Shown: in pieces, positions 8,097-17,512 of the stretch | Position numbering within the stretch: position 1 is the first letter of the stretch | Layout of the letters: the number at the start of each line of letters is the position of its first letter | Source: Candidatus Hydrogenedentota bacterium | Lineage (GTDB): Bacteria > Hydrogenedentota > Hydrogenedentia > Hydrogenedentales > SLHB01 | Length of the DNA: 64,000 nucleotides | NCBI GenBank assembly: GCA_963674865.2 | Contig: CAXXYE010000006.1 | Location: 160,001-224,000 of the forward strand | Direction of reading: 5' to 3' | Notes under the pieces: generated by a model | Databases searched by the model: none | Told to the model about the DNA's origin: nothing | The model's input: the letters and a program-made list of their open reading frames with translations, nothing else | Position numbers and translations under genes: made by a program

Positions 8097-9518
8097 GTGT
8101 CCGATAAGCCGAACATACTCTTCATCCTTCTCGACCAAATGCGTGGAGACTGCCTCAGCGTGCTGGGACATCCCGTGGTGGACACGCCCAATATAGACGA
8201 CTTGGCCCACCACGGAGTCGTGTTCGAGGCGGCGTATTCGTCTTGCCCCTCGTGCATCGCAGCGCGGGCTTCCATCTGGACTGGGCTCACGCCATCCTCC
8301 CATGGCCGTCTCGGCTATCGCGACAGAGTGCCCTGGCGCTACGAGAACATGGCCACGCATCTGCTGGGCGAGGCCGGCTACCAGACACATTGCGTGGGCA
8401 AGACGCATTTCTTTCCTCAACGCGCCCATTGCGGATTCCACTCGCTCGATTCCTATGAGGCCGCCCAGAACTTCGACGGGCTTTACGTCAACGATTACCA
8501 CGAGTGGCTCCGTCAAATGGCCAACGGGCGGCTGCGTGAGTTCGACCACGGCCTGGACAGCAATTCTTGGAATGCCCGGCCGAGCCATCTACCGGAGGAA
8601 TTACACAACAATTCGTGGGTGGCAACGAAAGGCATCGAGTTTCTGCGTCGGCGCGACAAAACGCGCCCCTTCTTCCTGAACCTGTCATTCCACCGGCCCC
8701 ATCCGCCCATCGATCCGCCCCAGGTTTTCTACGATATGTACAAGGATCGCGACATCCCTGACGTCCCCATCGGAGACTGGGCCGATATCCATGACGTGCC
8801 CATCGACAAGATCAACGCTTGGCACGGCCATCTGTCCGAGAAGCTCCTCGTCCAGGCCAGACGCGCCTACTATGCCCAGATAGCGCACATCGATTGCCAG
8901 GTGGGGAAGGTTGTGCGCGCGCTCCAGCACATGAAGGCCGGCCCCACCGTGGTGGTGTTCACATCGGATCACGGTGAGATGCTCGGCGACCACCATATGT
9001 ATCGGAAAACATACGCCTACGAAGGCTCCGCCAAGGTGCCGCTCGTGATCTCCTATCCGGGCGGCGTTGCCAACCATCGTTGTGCCGCTCCAGCGGCCCT
9101 CGAGGACCTGTATCCGACGTTCTTGGAGATCGCCGGCGCATGCATCCCATCCAGCACGGAAGGACAAAGCCTGTTGCCTTTCTGCAAGGAAGGACCGCCC
9201 CCCGCCTGGCGCGAGTTTGTCCACGGCGAGCACGCAGAATCCTATGCCCCGGAAGAGTCTATGCAATTCCTCACCGACGGCAAGGAGAAGTACATCTGGT
9301 TCACGGTAACCGGCCGGGAACAGCTATTTGACATGGTAAGCGATCCGCGGGAATGTCACGACTTGGCCCAGAATCCTGCCGCAAAGGATCGCCTCGAATA
9401 CTGGCGGCAGCGCATGATCAAACGGCTGGCGGAGCGCCCGGAGGACGGCATGTCTGATGGCCGAAAGCTGATCTCCGGCGTGGCACTCCCCTCGGTGCGC
9501 CCTGCGCTTCTCGAATAG
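8097..9518 (+). CDS. Formylglycine-dependent sulfatase (S1 family), cytoplasmic
   Basis: PNILFILLDQMR, C-I-A-A-R (CxAxR) followed by ASIWTG, GKTH, HRPHPP, SDHGEMLGDH. Confidence 0.93.
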   Translation: MSDKPNILFILLDQMRGDCLSVLGHPVVDTPNIDDLAHHGVVFEAAYSSCPSCIAARASIWTGLTPSSHGRLGYRDRVPWRYENMATHLLGEAGYQTHCVGKTHFFPQRAHCGFHSLDSYEAAQNFDGLYVNDYHEWLRQMANGRLREFDHGLDSNSWNARPSHLPEELHNNSWVATKGIEFLRRRDKTRPFFLNLSFHRPHPPIDPPQVFYDMYKDRDIPDVPIGDWADIHDVPIDKINAWHGHLSEKLLVQARRAYYAQIAHIDCQVGKVVRALQHMKAGPTVVVFTSDHGEMLGDHHMYRKTYAYEGSAKVPLVISYPGGVANHRCAAPAALEDLYPTFLEIAGACIPSSTEGQSLLPFCKEGPPPAWREFVHGEHAESYAPEESMQFLTDGKEKYIWFTVTGREQLFDMVSDPRECHDLAQNPAAKDRLEYWRQRMIKRLAERPEDGMSDGRKLISGVALPSVRPALLE

Positions 9519-9590
9519 ACAGCACGCTCCGCACGTCCGCCGCATGACGTAGGGGAGTGTCCCCGGGCCAGGTAACCTAGGGAGATACAA

Positions 9591-10382
9591 ATGCACTTGG
9601 CGCTAAGCATCTGCGGGCTGCTCATGCTGGGTGTCGCCGTCGGCATCGTGAGCCCGGCTTTGGGTATTGGCGGGGGCATTCTCATGGTGCCCGCTCTACG
9701 CGAATTCGCCGGACTCGATGCCCATACCGCCAAGGGCACGAGCCTCTTCATCATCATCTTCGTGGCCGCCGTCAACTCCTGGCGACTCAACCGGGGCCAC
9801 GAAGACAAGCTCCTAAGACTCGCGGGCGTTGTTGCTGCCGGTTCAGTTCTGGGCGGCTATTTCGGAGGATTCGTCACACAGCGAATGAATCCCCGTGTCG
9901 TTACGATCATCTTCATAGCGGCTTTGGTGATCCTGGCAGCCCGGCTCCTCCTGGTCGAGCCGGCGGCTGTGTCCCAGCAGGACGTCCGGCGCCGAGACGG
10001 CCTCGCGTTGCTCATTGGCCTTGTTTCAGGACTCACCTCGGGGATAACGGGCATCGGCGGGGGTGGCGTTTTTGTGCCCCTCGCCTTGATCGCGGGAATC
10101 GTCTCGAATGAGCGCGTCTCGGGATTGTCGAACACCGTGATGATTGCCACCTGTACGGCGGCCACCATGGCCCACTTATTCGCCCCCGTCGTCTCGGGCC
10201 GCCCATGGACCGTCGGGCAGGTGAGCCTTGGCTTCGCCCCCTTGATCTTTGTGGGCGCGCAATTCGGCGCCCCTTTCGGCAGGAAGTTGAACGGGCTCTT
10301 GACTCTCAGCGCCCGCCGCGTGGTAATGGCCGTGCTCGCATTCGTTATTGTGGCCCAACTGGCCTACAAGCTATTTCAGTGA
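9591..10382 (+). CDS. TauE/SafE (TSUP) sulfite exporter family protein
   Basis: Two GIGGG repeats, AKGTSL, multi-TM; directly after the sulfatase. Confidence 0.88.
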   Translation: MHLALSICGLLMLGVAVGIVSPALGIGGGILMVPALREFAGLDAHTAKGTSLFIIIFVAAVNSWRLNRGHEDKLLRLAGVVAAGSVLGGYFGGFVTQRMNPRVVTIIFIAALVILAARLLLVEPAAVSQQDVRRRDGLALLIGLVSGLTSGITGIGGGGVFVPLALIAGIVSNERVSGLSNTVMIATCTAATMAHLFAPVVSGRPWTVGQVSLGFAPLIFVGAQFGAPFGRKLNGLLTLSARRVVMAVLAFVIVAQLAYKLFQ

Positions 10383-10401
10383 CGCCCCTAAGGGCCTTGG
10401 C

Positions 10402-11709
10402 CTAACCAATGCGCGTACCGTCTGGTATGACGGCGTTCTTGATGACCACAACGATCCCGTCCCGGATGGCGTAGCCGGGCCCGTCTTTATCCTTCAGCTT
10501 TCGAGATCCCCGAATAACAACGCCCCGGCCGATCCGCGCATTCTTGTCGATAATCGCGCCCGAGATCTCCGAATCGGGCCCTATGCCCACCGGAATCGAT
10601 GCATCGGGCAGCCGGCTTTCATAGAAGTCGGCGCCCATGATCACGCTTCGGTGGACCTTGGCGCCCGGCTGTACGATGCTCCGTATGCCGATGATCGAAT
10701 TCGAGATCGACGCGTTGGCGATGCGGCTGCCTTCGCACACGATGGAGTCTTCGATGGCGGCCTTCTGAACTCGTGAGCCTGCCAGGTAGCGCGGCCGCGT
10801 GTAGACCACGTAATGCGGATCCTGAAACTCGAAAGGGGGATGCGCCGAGGCAATCTCCATGCTGGCATCGTAGTAGGAGCGAACGGTACCGATATCCTCC
10901 CAATAGCCGTCGAAGATGTACGAAAACACGCGGCGCTCGCGGAGCGATTTCGGAATAACATCGTGTCCGAAATCGATCCAGTCCGGCCGATCCTGCAGGA
11001 CCGCCTCAAGCACTTCCGTTCGGAACACGTAGACACCCATCGACGCGAGGTACTCCCCGCGTGGCGCCGAGAGTCCCTGCCGGGCCATCGCCGTCGCGGG
11101 CGTCTTCATATCCTCGAGATCGGCTTCACTCGAAGGTTTCTCTACGAAACGGTGCACACGCCCGTTGCTTCGGATCTTGAGGACACCTACGCCCGAGGCG
11201 TCCTCCCGCGTGATGGGTACCACAGCCACGGAAATATCCGCCCGCCTTCTGATGTGCGTGGCCAAGAACGGACGGTAATCCATATGGTAAAGGTGGTCGC
11301 CCGCCAAGATCAGGCAGTGCTTCGCCCGGAGATTGGCCACGTGACGAAGCTGTTTGCGGATGGCATCGGCGGTGCCCTGATACCAATCGCGGTTGTCGAC
11401 AGTCAGCTCGGCCGCGAGAATCTCGACAAAGCCTCGCGAGAACGTGTCGAACTTGTATGAGCGATTGATGTGACGGTTGAGCGAAACGCTGTTGAACTGA
11501 GTCAAGACAAAGATTCGATTCACGCCGGAATAAAGACAATTGCTCAGCGGAATGTCCACCAGCCGGTAGCGGCCGCAGAGAGGGACGGCCGGCTTGGCCC
11601 GCTGGGCCGTCAAAGGATATAGACGCGTGCCACGCCCGCCCCCAAGGACCACGGCCACCACCTGATCCCCAATGTTTCCCGCTGATAGACTCGACTCGGT
11701 GATAGCCAA
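10402..11709 (-). CDS. glgC: Glucose-1-phosphate adenylyltransferase
   Basis: GGGRGTRLYPLT..RAKPAVP, LTQFNSVSLNRH, WYQGTADA, GDHLYHMDY, FVEKP, DFGHDVIP, YWEDIGT, C-terminal beta-helix; TTG start approximate. Confidence 0.95.
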   Translation of the reverse strand: MAITESSLSAGNIGDQVVAVVLGGGRGTRLYPLTAQRAKPAVPLCGRYRLVDIPLSNCLYSGVNRIFVLTQFNSVSLNRHINRSYKFDTFSRGFVEILAAELTVDNRDWYQGTADAIRKQLRHVANLRAKHCLILAGDHLYHMDYRPFLATHIRRRADISVAVVPITREDASGVGVLKIRSNGRVHRFVEKPSSEADLEDMKTPATAMARQGLSAPRGEYLASMGVYVFRTEVLEAVLQDRPDWIDFGHDVIPKSLRERRVFSYIFDGYWEDIGTVRSYYDASMEIASAHPPFEFQDPHYVVYTRPRYLAGSRVQKAAIEDSIVCEGSRIANASISNSIIGIRSIVQPGAKVHRSVIMGADFYESRLPDASIPVGIGPDSEISGAIIDKNARIGRGVVIRGSRKLKDKDGPGYAIRDGIVVVIKNAVIPDGTRIG

Positions 11710-11735
11710 CTGCGAAGATCCTCCCGGCGACGCCC

Positions 11736-12809
11736 TTAATACGATTCGAAGAGTTTCCCCCAAGGACTCCCCAGCCACGCCCGCACGCGCGGCTTCCCAT
11801 GAAAAGGAAACCAGTAATGATCGTGATAGATTGTTGAACCGGCGATAAATAAATATACCAGCGGCGTGCGGAAGAACAGCACTTGAAGCTGCTTCAGCGC
11901 GCCGAACCACGTCAGATGGCCCACGCGGCTTGCGAAGGTCGCGCCCACGTCAAAGCCGAAGTCTTCGCGCGTGATATCGTCCCCGGCCAGTTCGATTTCC
12001 TCGAACCGGCCCGTACCTAATCCAAGCTCATGAGCGCGGGAGACACACTTCACCTTGTTCTTGTCGAGGCCCATCATGTGCGTGGCAACGCAGTCGATGG
12101 CCACCGAATCCGCACTCGCCAAGATGTAGTCCTTCTTGACAGGTTCCATGCAGCGAGGGCCGGGCCCATTCCCGCAGGTCGTGCCGTCAGTCACCGCAAA
12201 GATGCCGGTGTGGATCTCTTGCTGGATAGCCAACAGGTCGCAGAGCGTGGCGTGGATATAGGAGTGCGTATAGTGACGCCGCGTGTTGAGCAAACCGCCG
12301 AACGCATTCTTCATGGCGCCCGTCATCGTCGTGTAGATATGACACTTGACGGTGGGCAAATGGATGACGCTCTTCCCGAAGAAATAGTCGGGGATGCGGA
12401 TCCCTTCGGGGAAGATCTTGTCCAGCACAAGCATCTTGGCTTTGGGCTCATACTTCACCCAGGCCATATCGCCTTTTCGGTAATTGAGTAGTTCACGGAT
12501 TCCGTACTTGGCGTAGACTTTATCCAGCTTGTTGAGCCGCTGGCCCTTGGGGGCGTCAATGACCACCGTACGATTATGTACCGCCGAGATATCCGAATAG
12601 CCGTTATCCTTGAGATACTGAATCACGGCTTCGAGCTGCCAAGGCGTCGTGTTGGCGCCCGGATACATGAAATGCCACGAGATGTTGTCCTTGAGGATAA
12701 CGGGCTTATCCTTGGGGATATGCCGCTGGAAATCCGCGAGGTCGAGAAGTCGCTTGTAGTCGTCGATGACCGTTTCGGGTTTCGTCTTGAGGACTGCTAC
12801 TTTGCTCAT
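11736..12809 (-). CDS. DUF362 domain-containing protein
   Basis: ILKDNISW, IHLPTVKCH...TGAMKNAFG, DG...GNGPGP, DSVAID motifs. Confidence 0.8.
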   Translation of the reverse strand: MSKVAVLKTKPETVIDDYKRLLDLADFQRHIPKDKPVILKDNISWHFMYPGANTTPWQLEAVIQYLKDNGYSDISAVHNRTVVIDAPKGQRLNKLDKVYAKYGIRELLNYRKGDMAWVKYEPKAKMLVLDKIFPEGIRIPDYFFGKSVIHLPTVKCHIYTTMTGAMKNAFGGLLNTRRHYTHSYIHATLCDLLAIQQEIHTGIFAVTDGTTCGNGPGPRCMEPVKKDYILASADSVAIDCVATHMMGLDKNKVKCVSRAHELGLGTGRFEEIELAGDDITREDFGFDVGATFASRVGHLTWFGALKQLQVLFFRTPLVYLFIAGSTIYHDHYWFPFHGKPRVRAWLGSPWGKLFESY

Positions 12810-13687
12810 CGGATCGTTCCTTCATACAGCACAGCCACGCAGGTGACTCCCCAGAGCAATACCGTCACGGCCAACGGCCCATCCTTTATCAATGCCTGGC
12901 TCGGATCCCCGCCGCCGCGCCGGTGGTGTACCAGATGAAGATACCGGAAAAGGCCATAGACTACGAAGGGTATGGACAGGTACAGCTTGTCCGTGCCCAA
13001 GCGCATTGTGACCTCTGGCGAACACGTGTAGATCGTGTAGGTCAGCAGGGACGCCGCCGCGGTAATCATGATGAGCGTGTCCAGAAACTCCACTGTGTAG
13101 TGCTGGAGCACCCTCCGGTGATTTACCGCCTCCTCGGCCATCAGCGAGATCTCGTGGCGGCGTTTTCCAACGCTCAGAAAGAGTGCAAGAAAGAGCGTGC
13201 ATACGACCAGCCAGTTCGAGAACACCACGTCGAGCACGATGGCTCCCGCCATGGCTCGGATCACAAAGCCCAGCGCAACCGTCATTACATCCACAATCAT
13301 GATGTTCTTCAACAGAACCGAGTACAGAAGTATCAGGATCATGTAGACGAGCGTGGCCACAAAGAACTGCGGGCGCAGCAGGAACGCTCCAACCAAACTC
13401 GCAAGAACCAGAGCCGCCATCGTAGCCAACGCCGCGGGAATCCCCAAGGCGCCACTTGCTAGGGGGCGCTTACACTTCGCCGGATGCGCGCGGTCCTGCT
13501 CGACGTCCATGATATCGTTCAGAACGTACATAGCGCTCGAGGCGGCGCACAACACCGCGAACGCGCCCAGGCTGCGCATTAGTTGCTCAACGGCAGCCAA
13601 TTGCTGGGCGAATACCAGCGCAGCAAAGACAACGACGTTCTTGAGCCACTGGTAGGGACGGAGTTCTCTGAAAAGGGCGGAAAGCAT
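12806..13687 (-). CDS. UbiA-family prenyltransferase, decaprenyl-phosphate phosphoribosyltransferase-like
   Basis: LRPYQWLKN, YVLNDIMDVEQDRAHPAKCKRPLASG, KRRHE, YGLFRY, GGDP...KD signature; ATGA overlap with DUF362. Confidence 0.88.
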   Translation of the reverse strand: MLSALFRELRPYQWLKNVVVFAALVFAQQLAAVEQLMRSLGAFAVLCAASSAMYVLNDIMDVEQDRAHPAKCKRPLASGALGIPAALATMAALVLASLVGAFLLRPQFFVATLVYMILILLYSVLLKNIMIVDVMTVALGFVIRAMAGAIVLDVVFSNWLVVCTLFLALFLSVGKRRHEISLMAEEAVNHRRVLQHYTVEFLDTLIMITAAASLLTYTIYTCSPEVTMRLGTDKLYLSIPFVVYGLFRYLHLVHHRRGGGDPSQALIKDGPLAVTVLLWGVTCVAVLYEGTIR

Positions 13688-13844
13688 ACTTGTGCCGGCA
13701 ATCCTTGATTGCCGCATTCTGCATCACCCGCCGGGAGACTGTCAACCGCAGTTGGACGAAGTCGTAGGTTTGACACCGCCTTCTATTTGCGCATACTTTA
13801 CGGCTTCCAGGCTGCAACTCCTGGGTGGAATTGAGGTACATGTC

Positions 13845-14996
13845 ATGACGTCTCCCATCACGAACCGCTGGCGGGAAGTTCCGCTGCGCGAACCTGAAAC
13901 GCAACACTTCACCATCTACCAAAGCGTCGAGGGACGCGCCTACAACCACCATGCGCAGATCACGTCAATCGACGGCCGGCTCTTGGCGTCATGGTCGAAC
14001 GGCGCTGTCCACGAGGATGCGCCCGGCCAACACATGGTATTCGCTGTATCGGAGGACCTCGGTGAGACCTGGTCTGAGCCGGCGGCGTTGGTGGGGCCGC
14101 AGCCTGGCCGCGTCGGCGAGGCCGTTATGACGGGCATGGGCATCCACAATCACGACGGCCAACTGACGGCCTACTACGGCTATTACGACTACGACGAGCA
14201 GGGAGTTCGCACCCATCTCGAGCGGGGGAACTATCCGAAGCAGGAACTCGATTTCCGCGTCAACTACGACTCCCATACCGGGATCATGACTTCGAGCGAC
14301 GCGGGCGCCACGTGGGAAGGTCCCGTGGCGAAGATCGACCGCTTCGTGGCCAACCTGGGGCCGCACAGACTCAAGACCGGGCGGCTCATCATCCCCGGCA
14401 ACATGTGGTTTCCCTACACGGACGACCCGCGCGGCATCGAGGGATGGGCCATCGCCGGACTGCCGCGCCTGCCCGAGGGGTACTATGACGATCCCGAAGG
14501 CTTCTGGTACGGCATGGCTCATCGGGGCGATAGCGCGGCCTACTGCGAGGCGTCATGCTACGAAACCGACGACGGCGTGGTGCACATGATGCTGCGCATT
14601 GAACGGAGCGAGCAATCTGGAGCGCTTGCCGTGACGGAGAGCCGCGATAAGGGCGTCACCTGGTCGGAGCCCGCGCGCACGGCATTCACCGATGCGAACT
14701 GCAGGTTTCACTTCGGCCGCCTGCCGGATGGGCGCCACTTCGCCGTATCCTGCCCCGATCCAGGCTCCCAACGGACGCCTCTAGTATTGGCCGCCGGCGA
14801 GGACGGCGTCGTCTTCGACCAGCACTACGTGCTGGGCGCCGATGTCCCGATAAATCCCCGGATCGAAGGCCATCATAAAGGCGGCCGCTACGGATATCCT
14901 TCCTATCACATTCTCGGCGAGCACCTCTTCGTCATCTACTCGATCAACAAAGAGGACATCGCCGTGTGCCGGCTCGAACTGGCCGCGCTCGCATAG
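13845..14996 (+). CDS. BNR/Asp-box exo-sialidase-like beta-propeller protein
   Basis: Asp-boxes SEDLGETW, SSDAGATW, SRDKGVTW; RTPLVLA, YGYPS; no signal peptide. Confidence 0.75.
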   Translation: MTSPITNRWREVPLREPETQHFTIYQSVEGRAYNHHAQITSIDGRLLASWSNGAVHEDAPGQHMVFAVSEDLGETWSEPAALVGPQPGRVGEAVMTGMGIHNHDGQLTAYYGYYDYDEQGVRTHLERGNYPKQELDFRVNYDSHTGIMTSSDAGATWEGPVAKIDRFVANLGPHRLKTGRLIIPGNMWFPYTDDPRGIEGWAIAGLPRLPEGYYDDPEGFWYGMAHRGDSAAYCEASCYETDDGVVHMMLRIERSEQSGALAVTESRDKGVTWSEPARTAFTDANCRFHFGRLPDGRHFAVSCPDPGSQRTPLVLAAGEDGVVFDQHYVLGADVPINPRIEGHHKGGRYGYPSYHILGEHLFVIYSINKEDIAVCRLELAALA

Positions 14997-15030
14997 CGCC
15001 GAGGTTCCCGGCGGACGGAGCAATAGACGC

Positions 15031-15663
15031 ATGGGTGAGAACAAGCGGGACTTCGACAAAGCGGCCGCCACTTGGGACGAGAATCCGGCGCGGCTTGCCT
15101 TGGCGCAGGATGTGTTCACCGCGATATCCGGCAAGGTGTCTCTGACTGGGAACGTGCATGTTCTGGACTTCGGCTGCGGGACGGGCCTCCTGACGCGTCA
15201 GATCGCGCCGCTGGCGGCATCCGTGACGGGGGCCGACAGCTCACGCGGCATGCTTGACGCCTTAACCGCCAAAGCCGCCGCGCAGGGCCTGGACAACGTG
15301 AGGACATTGCTGCTCGACCCCGACGCCGGCGAGCGCCTCACGGGCAGTTACGACGTGATCGTCAGCAACATGACCCTCCACCACATCGAGACGATCGATG
15401 CGCTCCTCGAACAGTTCTACGCTTGCCTCACTCCCGGCGGCCGTGTCTGCATCAGCGATCTGGATCCTGACGAAGGGCAATTTCACGGGGACAGCACAGG
15501 CGTCTTCCACCCGGGATTCGAGCGACAAACGCTCCGGCGCGCGTTGGAGGCGGCGGGCTTCGAGGATGTGAGCGACACGACAGCGGCCGAAATCATGAAG
15601 CCCGCGGCAAACGGCGAAATGCGCCGCTTCACCGTCTTCCTCATCACCGGAGGTAGGAAGTGA
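15031..15663 (+). CDS. Class I SAM-dependent methyltransferase
   Basis: VLDFGCGTG motif I, YDVIVSNMTLHH, LTPGG. Confidence 0.92.
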   Translation: MGENKRDFDKAAATWDENPARLALAQDVFTAISGKVSLTGNVHVLDFGCGTGLLTRQIAPLAASVTGADSSRGMLDALTAKAAAQGLDNVRTLLLDPDAGERLTGSYDVIVSNMTLHHIETIDALLEQFYACLTPGGRVCISDLDPDEGQFHGDSTGVFHPGFERQTLRRALEAAGFEDVSDTTAAEIMKPAANGEMRRFTVFLITGGRK

Positions 15664-15809
15664 GAGGCCGTACCGGCTCGCTGGTGGCAGGCTCGCAGCA
15701 CCTCATCGGCACCGATGCCAAGAGAGTGGGAGGAATTCAGTAGTTGGCAGGGCTCACAGGCATTGGTGAACCGCGCTAAGTTATTGCGTCTCAAGGGCAG
15801 AGAGAAAGA

Positions 15810-15899
15810 TGGCGGAGAGCCCGGGATTCGAACCCGGGGTACGGGTTACCGTACAACGCCTTAGCAGGGCGCCACCTTCAGCCACTCGGTCAGCTCTCC
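15810..15899 (-). tRNA. tRNA-Ser (GCT)
   Basis: Minus strand GGAGAGCTGACCGAGTGGCTGAAGGTGGCGCCCT-GCT-AAGGCGTTGTACGGTAACCCGTACCCCGGGTTCGAATCCCGGGCTCTCCG-CCA: cloverleaf, long variable arm, TTCGAA T-loop, encoded CCA. Confidence 0.97.
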
Positions 15900-16064
15900 G
15901 CGTGGATTGACAGACTCTAGCACGAACCGCGGGAAACATGCAATATTCGCGTGGTTTTGCGCGCGTGCGGCCGATTGGCAGCAAACCAGCAAGAAAGAGC
16001 GCTCTCGCCCAACCTGCGGGCGTGACTTCACCAATCCCCGAAGGCTCCGCTGCCTCTCGTCGGC

Positions 16065-17309
16065 CTAGCGCACGGAGCGTGCCTCCTCGAGAAACAGCGC
16101 CCCCAATTCGCGCTTCAACTGCATCTCCAGCGCCCCCGGACTGGGTGGGACGGCTGCGTGTACCGTCTTCACAACACCGTCTTTGCCGATGATCACCAAG
16201 GAAGGAAACGACTCGACACCAAACCGCCGTGCCACCTTCCCCTTCGGGTCCAGCGCCACGGTGATGTCGGGCTTCACTTGCTCCAAGAAGCGGCGTACCT
16301 CCTCCGCACTCTCCCCGACATTCACCGCATACAGTTCAACTCCCTTGCTCCTGAATGCCTTGACGGCTCTCTCGACTTGCGGCATGGCCTGCCGGCAAGG
16401 GACGCACCACGTGGCCCAGAAGTCCAAGACGACGACGTCTTGGCCTTTGTGTGCGGCAAGTTCGACGGTTTCTCCATCCAGAAGTTTGAGGGAAGCGGCG
16501 GGGGCAGGGCGGTCTACAAGATCCTGCAAGGTGGCCTGGAGGTCATACGCCGTGGGCGGCAAGGCGATATCGAAGCGGCCGTCCGGAATCGCTGGCGTCG
16601 TCGTCCAGTTGGTGAACTCAACAACGGCGGATATCTTCGTATCCTCCCCTTCCGCATCACCTGGGCGGGCCGGCGAGACTATATCCGGAAGGATCTTGCG
16701 AACATGCGGGGCATCGCCCGATTCGACCCACATCTCCCAATTCATCTTATCACCAATGAACCGAAGGCGATGCAGCTCCACGCCGCCGATGTTCTCCACA
16801 CCCGCGTACGTGCCCTGCTCGATGGTGGCGTTGATGGCGTCATAGAAATTCTCTTGAAGCAGCGTCTGGATGAACACCATTCCCACGTCCATCACACGCA
16901 AGCCGATAACTCGGAAAGCGTCGCCAAGGCGGCTCGGAGCGTCCGTTCGGGCATACGCGTCATCCTCGGGAAAATAGACGATTTCCTCGCTGCCGTTGCT
17001 GGCCAGATTGAACCGGTACTTGGGACTGTCGCACGAAAGCGCCAACCGGTTCGGCCGCTGGACGGTAAGTGTGTATTCTGCGTGGAAGTTGTCAGGCGCG
17101 TCGGCCGACGCCAGTTTGACGTCTACGGAAGCATCCACCGCGAACCGGCTTGCACTCCCCAGATACTCCGAGAGCTTGCGGATCACGGCATCAGTTTTGG
17201 CATCCATCTTACTGGCTGCGGCCCCGTCTTCCGTTGAAGCCCGTTGCTGAACCAGCAGTAGAGTCGCCGCCACGAGTAGTAGAACCAACCTCTTATTTAC
17301 ACTTCCCAT
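16065..17309 (-). CDS. Exported DUF2092 (LolA-like) domain plus TlpA/redoxin domain fusion
   Basis: Signal peptide; VQRPNRL, NWEMWVESGDAP..RK, F..W (DUF2092-like); C-terminal VVVLDFWATWCVPC...FPSLVIIGKDG. Confidence 0.8.
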   Translation of the reverse strand: MGSVNKRLVLLLVAATLLLVQQRASTEDGAAASKMDAKTDAVIRKLSEYLGSASRFAVDASVDVKLASADAPDNFHAEYTLTVQRPNRLALSCDSPKYRFNLASNGSEEIVYFPEDDAYARTDAPSRLGDAFRVIGLRVMDVGMVFIQTLLQENFYDAINATIEQGTYAGVENIGGVELHRLRFIGDKMNWEMWVESGDAPHVRKILPDIVSPARPGDAEGEDTKISAVVEFTNWTTTPAIPDGRFDIALPPTAYDLQATLQDLVDRPAPAASLKLLDGETVELAAHKGQDVVVLDFWATWCVPCRQAMPQVERAVKAFRSKGVELYAVNVGESAEEVRRFLEQVKPDITVALDPKGKVARRFGVESFPSLVIIGKDGVVKTVHAAVPPSPGALEMQLKRELGALFLEEARSVR

Positions 17310-17439
17310 TCCGTTCTCCCTGTTGCCTCGCATCTGTCGCATCGCGTAGCCTGGTGTGTCGCGCACGCCTGCATGGAAACGTAGGAGCGCACTCTAGAGA
17401 AAACACCTTGCTTGAGGCAAAAGATTCCCGGGGGCCGGT

Positions 17440-17468
17440 TTGTCTCACGGCAGCCCGATGCCTATCAT
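17440..17468 (+). promoter_or_regulatory. Putative sigma-70 promoter (TTGTCT-N17-TATCAT)
   Basis: Correct spacing, about 45 nt upstream of the 999-aa gene, which has an AGGAG RBS. Confidence 0.45.
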
Positions 17469-17512
17469 GGCCCCCTCACTTGGTAACGGAACCGGCGTAG
17501 GAGTCACCGTGC

